Source: Candidatus Iainarchaeum sp. | Lineage (GTDB): Archaea; Iainarchaeota; Iainarchaeia; Iainarchaeales; JACQJH01 | Reading direction: 5' to 3' | Assembly (NCBI GenBank): GCA_016205145.1 | Contig: JACQJH010000002.1 | Span: 90,001 to 122,000 of the forward strand | Length of the DNA stretch: 32,000 nucleotides | Shown here: in pieces, positions 14,667 to 22,773 of the stretch | How positions within the stretch are numbered: the stretch's first letter is position 1 | Layout: the number at the start of each line of letters is the position of its first letter | The notes under the pieces: generated by a model | Told to the model about the DNA's origin: nothing | The model's input: only the letters and a program-made list of their open reading frames with translations | Database searches by the model: none | Program-made: the position numbers and the translations under genes

Positions 14667-15512
14667 CTATAACTTTCCGGCACAATAAGCGAACGCGTTT
14701 TCGAAAATTTTCATGCCCGCGCCTTTTTCCGGCACGGAAAGGCCTTTCCGCAACAGCTCGTTTTTCACCCTTGCCCAGTGCGGATGCTGGTAAAAAGAAA
14801 CGTGCCCTTCGGGGTGCGGCATCAGCCCGAAAACCCTGCCGGTTTCGTCGCAGACGCCTGCAATCGCGTTCACTGAGCCATTTGGGTTTTCAGGATAAGA
14901 ATTTGTTATGTTGAAGTCTTTGTCCGCGTAACGCATGGCGACAAGGTTTTCCGCTTCGAGCGCTTTCAAAACTTCCGCGCTTGCCGGAATAAATTTGCCC
15001 TCGCCATGCCGCACAGGCAATTCAAGAGTTTCAATGCCGCGCGTGAAAATGCACGGGCTTTTTTCGTTAACATTTAGCCCGACCCACCGGTCTTCAAACC
15101 TTCCCGAATCGTTGGCAAAAAGCGTGGACTGCTGTTCAAAATATTTTCCGCCCAACGCCGGAACGATTCCAAGTTTTACCATCATCTGGAAACCATTGCA
15201 AATGCCGAGAACAAGCTTTTTTTCGTCGATGAATTTTTGCAGTTCTTCGCGGAACGAATGCGAATTGAGTTTGGCAAAAACGAGCTTGTTTGCCATGCCC
15301 TTTCCCGCGCCAAGGTCGTCGCCGTAGGAAAAGCCGCCCGGAAACGCCAGAAGCGAATAATCGGAAAGGCTCGCCTTCCTTGCGAGGATATCGTTGACGT
15401 GCACGCGCTCCGCAAGAAAGCCCGCGGCATTCAGCGCGGCCTGCGTTTCAAAATCGCAGTTTATGCCATAGCCCGTCAGGACAAGCGCAGTCGGTCTTTT
15501 TTGTTCCGCCAT
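14667..15512 (-). CDS. purQ: Phosphoribosylformylglycinamidine synthase glutaminase subunit (PurQ, long GATase_5 type)
   Basis: 281 aa from ATG 15512, which lies 2 nt after the purL stop. The track start at 15539 is a TTG. Motifs seen: ALVLTGYGINCDFE, FPGGFSYGDDLGAGK and the nucleophile elbow LGICNGFQ. Confidence 0.9.
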   Translation of the reverse strand: MAEQKRPTALVLTGYGINCDFETQAALNAAGFLAERVHVNDILARKASLSDYSLLAFPGGFSYGDDLGAGKGMANKLVFAKLNSHSFREELQKFIDEKKLVLGICNGFQMMVKLGIVPALGGKYFEQQSTLFANDSGRFEDRWVGLNVNEKSPCIFTRGIETLELPVRHGEGKFIPASAEVLKALEAENLVAMRYADKDFNITNSYPENPNGSVNAIAGVCDETGRVFGLMPHPEGHVSFYQHPHWARVKNELLRKGLSVPEKGAGMKIFENAFAYCAGKL

Positions 15513-15514
15513 TT

Positions 15515-18502
15515 TTACCACTTCAATGTTTTCTGCCAAGACGCTTTCAGAACGTCAATTTTTTCGTCAATTACGGCTTTGCCTTCAAAGCCGGTTATCA
15601 AAAGCCTTTTTTCCCGCAACACCAACCCAACAAAAGATATGCCATTGCCGGAAAGCGCCTTTTCAAACTCCGACTTGTTTTCCGGTGCAACAGTCACGAC
15701 AAAACGCGAAGGCGACTCGGAAAACAGTGCAAAATCATCGCGCCTTTCGCCCGCGAATTCGAGCTTGCGCAAATCCGCTTCAATGCCGAGACCGCCCGCA
15801 AACGCGGTTTCCGAGAGGCATACCGCGAGGCCGCCGTCGCTGATGTCGTGGCAGCTTGCAAGCAGGCCTTTTTCAATCGCTTTCGCCAAGGCGGAGTAAA
15901 GCTTCCGCGCCTTTTTCGCGTCAACCTTCGGCACTTCGCCGCCGAAAAAGCCCTTCGAGTCAAAATATTCCGAACAGGCAAGCTCGGCTTTCGTTTCGCC
16001 GAGCACGTAGACAAGGTCGCCGGCCCGCTTCGCGTCAATCGTGACGGCTTTGCGCACGTCGTCAATTTTTGCAATCGCCGAGACAAGCACTGTCGGCGGA
16101 ATTGAAATCTTTTTGCCGCCAATGCGGTAATCGTTTTTCATGCTGTCCTTTCCGGAAATGAACGGCGTGCCATAAGCAACCGCCAAATCATACAACGCCT
16201 TGTTTGCGCGCACGAGCTGGCCGAGTTTGAACTTTCCATCCGGATTTTTCTGCGAATCGAAGACCGGGTCGGGCCAGCAAAAGTTGTCAAGGACCGCGAT
16301 GTGTTCCGGGTTGGCGCCGGTTGCAACCGCGTTTCGCACCGCCTCGTCCAGGGCGTTTGCCGCCATCCAGTAGGCGTCGGCGTCGCTTAAGCGCGGGCAC
16401 AAGCCGTTTGAAACAACGATCCCTTCAAAAGAATCAAACAGCGGCTTGACAACTCCCGCGTCGCTCGGGCCGTCGTTTTCCGCGCCCTCCAGCGGCTTGA
16501 CAATCGAAGAGCCCTGCACTTCATGGTCGTACTGCCTTACAACAAATTCCTTGCTGCAAACGTTCAGCCTTGCAAGCAATGCATTCAGTTCCGCGCCCAA
16601 ATCAGACGGCTCGGCGAAAACATTTTCTTCCGCCGTGCGCGGTTCCCATTCCGCCTCGAGTTTCATCTGCGGGACCCCGTCGTGGAAAAAATGCATTTCA
16701 AGCAAGGCAACGGTTTTGTCCTTGAACTTTGCGTGAAAAAACCCGCTGTCCGTGAACTTGCCGACGGCGGTGGATTCCACCGCATGCTTTTTGCAGAGCG
16801 CGTTGAACTTTTCAAGATTTTCCGGAATGATTGCAACCGTCATCCTTTCCTGCGACTCGGAAACAAGTATCTCCCACGGCTGCAAACCCGCGTATTTCAA
16901 CGGCGCCCTGTCGAGCCAGATTTCACATCCGTTGGTCGCGCGCGCCATCTCGCCGATGGAACTGCTCAGTCCGCCCGCGCCATTGTCGGTAATGCTTTCA
17001 ATAAGGCCGAGGTCGCGCGCCTCAAGAATGCAGTCAAGCATTTTTTTCTGCGTTATCGGGTCGCCAAGCTGGACCGCGGTAACCGGCGAACCCTCGTGCA
17101 GTTCCTCGGATGAAAATGTTGCGCCGTGGATTCCGTCTTTTCCAATGCGCCCGCCGACCATCAGCGCCAAAAATCCCGGTTCCGCGTTTTTTTCCACACT
17201 ATTCCTTTTTCCGATTTTTTTCGGCGCAATCCCCGCGGTGCCGCAGTAAACCAACGGCTTTCCGCGAAATCGGTCGTCGAAAACAATGCAGCCGTTGACT
17301 GTCGGGATTCCGGACTTGTTTCCGCCGTGTTCGACTCCGCGCCTTACGCCCTCGAAAATGCGTTTCGGGTGCAGCATTTTGTCAGGAAGCGTTCCCGCGT
17401 AAAATGGCGAGGCAAAGCAAAAAACGTCGGTGTTGAAAATCGGCTTGAAGCCGATGCCCGTGCCGAGCGTGTCGCGATTGACGCCGACAATTCCGGTCAA
17501 TGCGCCGCCGTACGGGTCGAGAGCGGAGGGCGAGTTATGCGTTTCAACCTTGAAGGCGATGTCATGCGATTTGTTGAACGAGATGACGCCCGCGTTGTCG
17601 TGGAAGACCGAGACCAGCCAGTTTCTTTCCTTTGAAACAGTTTCGGTTGCGGCGCGGATGTAAGACTTGAAAAGCGAATCGATTTTTCGCGTTTTGGCAT
17701 TTTTGCCGTTTTTTTCAGCATAAGAAATTTGCGCGTTGAAAATCTTGTGCTTGCAGTGCTCGCTCCACGTCTGTGCGATTGCCTCAAGCTCGACGTCGGA
17801 GGGATTGCGGGAAAGCCCGTGCGTTTTCCTTTTCTCGCGCACGCCCGCGTCCAAAAAATATGCCTGCACGGATTTCATTTCATGCAAAGACAATGCCAGC
17901 AGGCGGCCGCGGGACATCTTTTCCAGTTCGGTGTCGGAAACGTTCAAATCGATTTCTTCCACTTTTGGCGTGTGCCTGTCGATGACGCGCGCGGATTGCG
18001 CGGAAACGCCTTTTTCAAAATCGAAATCTTTTGCGGAAAAGATTTCAAAGCGCTCGATGAGCCCGTTGGCAAGCAGGCCGGAAGCGATCTTTTTCACGTC
18101 TTTTTCATCCAGGCCGCCTTTGAGCAGGTACTGCATGCCGGTAAAGACGTTCTCGTCCTCGGCCAACGCCCTTTCAAGCGCATAGCCCACTGCCTCGCGC
18201 GCGGTCCTGCCGACGTTGTCCGTTACGCCCGGCCTGAAAGAAACCTCCACAAGCCAGTCGAAGCCGCCTTTCCTTGCCAGCGGCTTGTTTACCGAAAATT
18301 CCTGAATAACCGGGTCGATGAAAACCTTTTCCGCAAGAAATGCAAGGTCTTTTTGGGAAAAGTTTCCTTCAAGCGTAAAAACCCGGATCGTCTTGACGCT
18401 TTTCGCGTTAAGGCCCAAGTCCGAGGAAACGCGCTTTTTCACGCTTTCGCCCAAAGGGTCGCAAAAACCAGTTTTCAAGCCGACCTCAACACGAGAAAGC
18501 AT
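15515..18502 (-). CDS. purL: Phosphoribosylformylglycinamidine synthase: synthetase subunit with a fused PurS-like N-terminal domain
   Basis: 995 aa. The first ~170 aa form a PurS-like double repeat, followed by a linker and a duplicated AIR-synthase-like core (SHNHP-type VETHNSPSALDPYGGA, DNGAGGLSS, DISDGGLAV). It is about 250 aa longer than a small PurL. Confidence 0.92.
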   Translation of the reverse strand: MLSRVEVGLKTGFCDPLGESVKKRVSSDLGLNAKSVKTIRVFTLEGNFSQKDLAFLAEKVFIDPVIQEFSVNKPLARKGGFDWLVEVSFRPGVTDNVGRTAREAVGYALERALAEDENVFTGMQYLLKGGLDEKDVKKIASGLLANGLIERFEIFSAKDFDFEKGVSAQSARVIDRHTPKVEEIDLNVSDTELEKMSRGRLLALSLHEMKSVQAYFLDAGVREKRKTHGLSRNPSDVELEAIAQTWSEHCKHKIFNAQISYAEKNGKNAKTRKIDSLFKSYIRAATETVSKERNWLVSVFHDNAGVISFNKSHDIAFKVETHNSPSALDPYGGALTGIVGVNRDTLGTGIGFKPIFNTDVFCFASPFYAGTLPDKMLHPKRIFEGVRRGVEHGGNKSGIPTVNGCIVFDDRFRGKPLVYCGTAGIAPKKIGKRNSVEKNAEPGFLALMVGGRIGKDGIHGATFSSEELHEGSPVTAVQLGDPITQKKMLDCILEARDLGLIESITDNGAGGLSSSIGEMARATNGCEIWLDRAPLKYAGLQPWEILVSESQERMTVAIIPENLEKFNALCKKHAVESTAVGKFTDSGFFHAKFKDKTVALLEMHFFHDGVPQMKLEAEWEPRTAEENVFAEPSDLGAELNALLARLNVCSKEFVVRQYDHEVQGSSIVKPLEGAENDGPSDAGVVKPLFDSFEGIVVSNGLCPRLSDADAYWMAANALDEAVRNAVATGANPEHIAVLDNFCWPDPVFDSQKNPDGKFKLGQLVRANKALYDLAVAYGTPFISGKDSMKNDYRIGGKKISIPPTVLVSAIAKIDDVRKAVTIDAKRAGDLVYVLGETKAELACSEYFDSKGFFGGEVPKVDAKKARKLYSALAKAIEKGLLASCHDISDGGLAVCLSETAFAGGLGIEADLRKLEFAGERRDDFALFSESPSRFVVTVAPENKSEFEKALSGNGISFVGLVLREKRLLITGFEGKAVIDEKIDVLKASWQKTLKW

Positions 18503-18614
18503 TGCCGCACCAAATTTAACGGAAGAGAATAGATTTGGAATGGGAAAGCTTTTTTAGGCGAACGCGGCGGACGGAAACAAGGATTAAAAACTACAAATGC
18601 CAATTATATAAATC

Positions 18615-19487
18615 ATGGAATGGAATCATACAGACCCAAGGCTCTTGAGGCGTGGAACCGTGCGGCTTGAAAAGCCGGCATACCAATCACAGTTGAACGC
18701 AGTCAAGATTGCCGCGGAATCCGCTATCGGCCAAAGCGCAATCGCCGACGCGTTTGAAACATTCACTTACGGCGCAGAAAGGCACTCGTTCAGGCTTTCA
18801 GTGCTTTCGGCGAAAAGAAGGCGCCAGATTCTGAGAGAAAGGCGCGTTGAGCCGCGGCAGGTCCTGCGCGTCGAAGTGCACATTCCGCTCGAAAAGCAGG
18901 GGGAAGTCCGAAGACGCCTCCAAGAACAGGAATTTGTATTTATCAATCACAGGGGATTTGAACCCAGGCGCAAGCTAAGGGGTTTTCCGGGCGTTTTCTT
19001 TTTCAAAACCGGCCCTCAGGGGCATTCGACACTGGAATTGGATGTCGTCCTGAAAAGCTGGGACCCCGCCACAAGACACACTGCCGAAGACGGCGTAAGG
19101 CAGGCTCATGAACTGTTGGACGCATTCTTCTCAACCCATGAAGACACAAAAAACATCAGGTTAAGACGAAACGGCAGAGTCGAGCCGGAGCAAAGGGAAC
19201 TCCTGATAGGCTATGAGCGCGTCAAGGAAGCCATAGAAAAAGGCATGTCGGCAACAATCACGGATTCCCCGGAAGGCAGTGTCGCAATAACAACGGATTT
19301 TGAGCCGGATGCGCATGCGATGGAACGAACATACCAAGAGGAACGGGCACGAGCCGTGAGATTCAGGCCCGCCGACGAGGTTTTTGGGGAAGTCGTGGAC
19401 CATTACCCTGAACTCAGTGCCCGATTGGCAGAGAAAAAACCGCACCGCCCAGGCAAAAAAACCGGTCCGCCGCACAATCGCCCATAA
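18615..19487 (+). CDS. Hypothetical protein, Arg-rich, with no recognisable domain
   Basis: A 290-aa ORF with no competing long ORF and an ATG start. A TATA-like ATTAAAAA at 18583-18590 suggests a leaderless transcript. There is no TM segment or signal peptide. The C-terminus is Pro/Lys-rich (KKPHRPGKKTGPPHNRP). Confidence 0.55.
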   Translation: MEWNHTDPRLLRRGTVRLEKPAYQSQLNAVKIAAESAIGQSAIADAFETFTYGAERHSFRLSVLSAKRRRQILRERRVEPRQVLRVEVHIPLEKQGEVRRRLQEQEFVFINHRGFEPRRKLRGFPGVFFFKTGPQGHSTLELDVVLKSWDPATRHTAEDGVRQAHELLDAFFSTHEDTKNIRLRRNGRVEPEQRELLIGYERVKEAIEKGMSATITDSPEGSVAITTDFEPDAHAMERTYQEERARAVRFRPADEVFGEVVDHYPELSARLAEKKPHRPGKKTGPPHNRP

Positions 19488-19493
19488 CCCAGT

Positions 19494-20618
19494 TCACCCG
19501 AACGTGAAAGTGTACAGCTCAAACCCATTTCCTTTCACGTCGAAGACAAGGGTTTTTTCCGCGTAGTCCTGTGCGGAAACGAGATTGTACAGGCGCTGTT
19601 CGTTTACGTGCACTACAAAGTTTTCATCCTGCACGGCATCGTCCCCGGCGTTTTCCGTTGAAACCGGCTTTCCGCCAACCGAAACCGACAAAACCGAGCC
19701 GTTCGGCGAGCCCGCAACGATATTCGCGTTTTTCGCCTTGAATTTCAGCGCAACCTTTCCCGTGTCGGATTCAAGCTGCACGTTGTCGGAATTGTTTTTC
19801 CAGTCGCCTTCAAGGAAAACAAGGTTTGCGGAAAAGTCGCGGTTATCCGGAAATGAATAGGAAACCGTTTGTTCTGGCACGAAACCTTCCTCGTTGCCGA
19901 GGCCCTGCCGCGCAAAATCGTAGCCGAGGTAGATTTCGGGCGTGCCTATGCCGGCAAAATCGGTTTGTTCCGGGGGCATGCCGGCATCATCGGGGTTCAT
20001 TTCGACCTTCGGCCCGTTTTCTGACAGCAGTTCAACTATCTGCTGTTCCGTTTCGTCATAGCCGCCTTCGCCGATGTGGTCGAAGCGGATTACGCCGCTC
20101 TTGTCAATCAGGTACTTGTGCGGCCACCAGTGGTTTTGGTATGCATTCCACGTCGCATAATCGCTGTCCAAAACAACGGGGTATTCGATTCCGAATTTTT
20201 TGACCGCCTCGCGCACGTTGCCGATGTTTTTTTCAAAATCGAACTCAGGAGTATGCACGCCTATGATTACAAGGCCCTTGTCGCGGTATTTTTTGTCCCA
20301 CGCGGCAAGGTATGGAAGCGTGCGGATGCAGTTGATGCAAGAATAGGTCCAGAAGTCCACCATGACAACCTTGCCTTTCAGGTCTGCAACGCTTATGTCG
20401 GAAGAAGTGTTTATGTAGCCCGTAAGTCCGCGAAGTTCGGGCGCCTGCGGCCCGGACGCCCCCAAAACCGGTGCCGCGGAAGAATTGCCATCGGATGCGT
20501 TTCCGCCCGCCCAGAACGGCCTGCTTTTCGTCGACTCGACGACAAGGATTGCGCCGATTATTATGACCAGGACAACCGCGATTGTCACTGGATTGTTGGG
20601 TTTGATCTCAAAAGCCAT
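19494..20618 (-). CDS. Membrane-anchored thioredoxin-like protein with a C-terminal beta-sandwich domain (DipZ C-terminal-like)
   Basis: 374 aa from ATG 20618, which lies 2 nt after the ccdA stop. It has an N-terminal TM anchor and the redoxin motif FWTYSCINCIRTLPY, and the long C-terminal domain resembles that of mycobacterial DipZ. The track ORF extension to 20909 is rejected. Confidence 0.8.
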   Translation of the reverse strand: MAFEIKPNNPVTIAVVLVIIIGAILVVESTKSRPFWAGGNASDGNSSAAPVLGASGPQAPELRGLTGYINTSSDISVADLKGKVVMVDFWTYSCINCIRTLPYLAAWDKKYRDKGLVIIGVHTPEFDFEKNIGNVREAVKKFGIEYPVVLDSDYATWNAYQNHWWPHKYLIDKSGVIRFDHIGEGGYDETEQQIVELLSENGPKVEMNPDDAGMPPEQTDFAGIGTPEIYLGYDFARQGLGNEEGFVPEQTVSYSFPDNRDFSANLVFLEGDWKNNSDNVQLESDTGKVALKFKAKNANIVAGSPNGSVLSVSVGGKPVSTENAGDDAVQDENFVVHVNEQRLYNLVSAQDYAEKTLVFDVKGNGFELYTFTFG

Positions 20619-20620
20619 TC

Positions 20621-21349
20621 CTATCCGCCCACAAGCATGTCCTGCGGCACCCACAGGTTTGCAATGACTCCGAGCTGGTTTGTGAAAACCAGTATGCCGA
20701 GGATTATCAGAAGAACGCCGAAAATGAGGTTGAACCATTTGAGCCACGGGCTGATGCGCTCGATGAAGCGTGTGGCGCGCGAAAAGAAGAAGCCCGCAAG
20801 AAGGAAGGGGATGCCGAGGCCGACCGAATAGGTCAGCATGAGCGGGAACGCGGTTTCGGGCTTTGTTGCCGCAAGCGTGAGGATTGTCCCGAGAATCGGG
20901 CCGACGCACGGCGTCCAGCCCACCGCAAACGCGGCACCGAAAAGAAACGAGAAACCGTATTGCGCGTTTCCGGACTTTGCCTTCTTGAGCTTCAATGTGT
21001 GCGGCGCCTGCAATGCGTCAATTTTTATTATGCCCAACAGCACGAGGCCGAAGAAGATTATCACGATGCCACCGACATATCCCAGATATGTGCGCACGTC
21101 GTACGCTACATTCAGGAGAACGCTTTGCAGAAGCACGCCAAGCAGTGAAAACACCACCGCAAAGCCCAGCACGAAGAGGATGCTGTTGAGGAAAATCTTT
21201 TTTCTCACGCCGGGCGCGTGCGCCTTCACTTCGTCAAGGCTTGTCCCGCCCAAAAACGTCAGGTATGCGGGAATCAGCGGGAACACGCACGGACTCAAAA
21301 AAGAGGCGAGGCCCGCAAGGAACGCTATCAAAAACCCGGGTTCAGCCAT
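20621..21349 (-). CDS. ccdA: CcdA/DsbD-family transmembrane thiol:disulfide electron transporter
   Basis: 242 aa with about 6 TM segments. The conserved Cys motifs are FLSPCVFPLIPAY and GWTPCVGPILG. Confidence 0.9.
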   Translation of the reverse strand: MAEPGFLIAFLAGLASFLSPCVFPLIPAYLTFLGGTSLDEVKAHAPGVRKKIFLNSILFVLGFAVVFSLLGVLLQSVLLNVAYDVRTYLGYVGGIVIIFFGLVLLGIIKIDALQAPHTLKLKKAKSGNAQYGFSFLFGAAFAVGWTPCVGPILGTILTLAATKPETAFPLMLTYSVGLGIPFLLAGFFFSRATRFIERISPWLKWFNLIFGVLLIILGILVFTNQLGVIANLWVPQDMLVGG

Positions 21350-21403
21350 GCCATTTCACACCCGCAAAAATTCCGCCATTCGCAATGCAAACCATTCAAT
21401 CCA

Positions 21404-21934
21404 TCAGTTTACGGAGCCCGTGTTTTTTATTATCTCTTCCCTGCTCCACTGGCCCACGCCCCTCAGCAGAACCTCTTCGCTTGCATTGGTTATAATGTGC
21501 GTGTGCTGGTACGTTATGCCGAACTTTTTCGCAAGCGCCCTTTCGCTGTCATCGGTGTCGGAATCGTTATAGTTTACCTGGAAGGCAATCACTTTTCCGC
21601 CGTCAAGTTCCTGGAACGTGCTTTCAAGGACGGGTTTCTGCTGTGCGCACGTCGGGCACCAGTTCGCGTAAAACTCGAGGAAAATTATTTTCCCGCCAGC
21701 CTTTGCCTGCTCGTAGGCGGCCTGCGAGAACGGCACGTAAGACGAATTCTGCGTTGCGGCGCCGGGCATTGCGCCGCCATCACTGCCGTCAGCCGCGGGA
21801 CCGCCCTGCATCGCGCCGCCGGAATCCGGTGCGGCGCTGTCCGCCTGCGTGCCGGAAGTTTGGATGCAGCCAAGAACAAATGCCATTGATGCCAGAAGCA
21901 GTGCCGCAAGAATTTTTCCGTGTTTTTTGCCCAT
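21404..21934 (-). CDS. Secreted or lipid-anchored thioredoxin-family protein
   Basis: 176 aa. It has a signal peptide with a lipobox-like VLGC, a Gly/Ala/Asp/Ser-rich linker and a Trx fold with WCPTC. Confidence 0.8.
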   Translation of the reverse strand: MGKKHGKILAALLLASMAFVLGCIQTSGTQADSAAPDSGGAMQGGPAADGSDGGAMPGAATQNSSYVPFSQAAYEQAKAGGKIIFLEFYANWCPTCAQQKPVLESTFQELDGGKVIAFQVNYNDSDTDDSERALAKKFGITYQHTHIITNASEEVLLRGVGQWSREEIIKNTGSVN

Positions 21935-22056
21935 TCAAAAAACCCCAAAAACCGCCTTTAAAAAAAGCGCTTCAGAAGGAAAGGTTTCGGGCGCCTTTAA
22001 AAGAGTTTTTCCAGTTCTCGCCAGAAAACTTCCCGGTTTTGTCCCGGAAATTCCGG

Positions 22057-22332
22057 TTATTCCCGCCATGTGACCCAGGAAAGCGCGGCGAGCGCGATTG
22101 TCTGCGCGCCAGAGAGAATGAATGCATGCTGCATCACTTCAAGCGAATAGTATGCAAGCATCGTGAAATGGAAGTAGGCCGCAAGCATGTTCTGGATCAA
22201 AAGAAAGGCCGCAAACATTATGAGGCCCAGGCTGAAAGCGCATTTCATCTGCCGGTAGTTCTGCACGTAAACCGAGAGCAGGAACACAAGCAGCAGGATG
22301 TTCGCAATTTCAAAGAAAAACGCAAGCGCCAT
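22057..22332 (-). CDS. Small 3-TM membrane protein, hypothetical
   Basis: 91 aa from ATG 22332. An alternative TTG at 22347 would overlap the upstream stop. It has three hydrophobic helices and is co-transcribed with the upstream wHTH gene. Confidence 0.55.
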   Translation of the reverse strand: MALAFFFEIANILLLVFLLSVYVQNYRQMKCAFSLGLIMFAAFLLIQNMLAAYFHFTMLAYYSLEVMQHAFILSGAQTIALAALSWVTWRE

Positions 22333-22343
22333 AGCTACAACAA

Positions 22344-22664
22344 TCAACGCTGTTCCTGATTTTTAAAGTTTTTTCCCAATTGGGTCCAGATTTCCGCAAA
22401 AACCTCGCACTGTTCGTCGGTGAAGGCCGGAAAGAACAGCTCGCCGTATTTGTCCATGCTGCTTGTTACCCAGTTGTGCTTTTTCAGGACGTCAAGGTGA
22501 TGCCTTGCGGTCTTGTAGTCGACGCCCAGCCTTTCCGAAAGCTGGTTCGGATTCAGGGGCCGGCCCATTAGCGAATGCATTATTTTTGCGCGCATCGGCC
22601 CGCCGCGCGTGGCACCAAGCAGATACCAGACATTGCGCCTGAAAAGCCTTGAATCATACAGCAT
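22344..22664 (-). CDS. ArsR-like winged-helix transcriptional regulator
   Basis: 106 aa with an ATG start. The sequence PMRAKIMHSLMGRPLNPNQLSERLGVDYKTARHHLDVLKKHNWV matches the ArsR/wHTH pattern. It has no metal-binding Cys pair. Confidence 0.75.
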   Translation of the reverse strand: MLYDSRLFRRNVWYLLGATRGGPMRAKIMHSLMGRPLNPNQLSERLGVDYKTARHHLDVLKKHNWVTSSMDKYGELFFPAFTDEQCEVFAEIWTQLGKNFKNQEQR

Positions 22665-22733
22665 TCCGTTTCACCAGAAGCAAAGGCCGTTAAAACCAAG
22701 CCTTTTAAAGGTTTTATGACGAAAAAGCTTTTT

Positions 22734-22753
22734 ATATGAATTGTAATTCATAT
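22734..22753. promoter_or_regulatory. Palindromic 20-bp element ATATGAATTgtAATTCATAT (perfect 9-bp arms, 2-nt spacer) overlapping a TATA-like box
   Basis: Read directly. The 9-bp arms are separated by a 2-nt spacer. It lies 21-40 nt upstream of ATG 22774, which is preceded by AGGAG at 22763-22767, and sits in the divergent region shared with the ArsR-like gene. Confidence 0.5.
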
Positions 22754-22773
22754 TTTTCAGGCAGGAGAAGCTT

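Noticed and set aside
15510-15539. The purL/purQ ORF overlap read as a frameshifted, pseudogenised single large purL
   Set aside because: The apparent overlap comes from a TTG start chosen by the ORF caller. An ATG (15512-15510) lies 2 nt after the purL TAA, and both products have complete domain ends. The arrangement looks like a genuine two-gene split. Only read-level data could fully exclude an indel.
15237-18532. Multiple 100-270-aa plus-strand ORFs across purQ/purL (for example 15237..15899, 16523..17113, 17126..17635, 17729..18532)
   Set aside because: All are antisense to the unambiguous 995-aa PurL and the PurQ frames. Long antisense ORFs are expected from the codon bias of this moderately GC-rich genome.
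20619-20909. 97-codon extension of the DipZ-like ORF (track 19494..20909)
   Set aside because: It overlaps the ccdA 3' end in another frame with an implausible His/Arg/Pro-rich sequence. ATG 20618 gives a proper N-terminal TM anchor and sits 2 nt after the ccdA stop.
20076-22359. Three consecutive ~240-250-aa plus-strand ORFs (20076..20831, 20838..21572, 21643..22359)
   Set aside because: They are antisense to the DipZ-like, CcdA, thioredoxin and small-membrane genes, all of which carry diagnostic Cys motifs. The translations are Arg/Pro/Ser-rich with no motifs.
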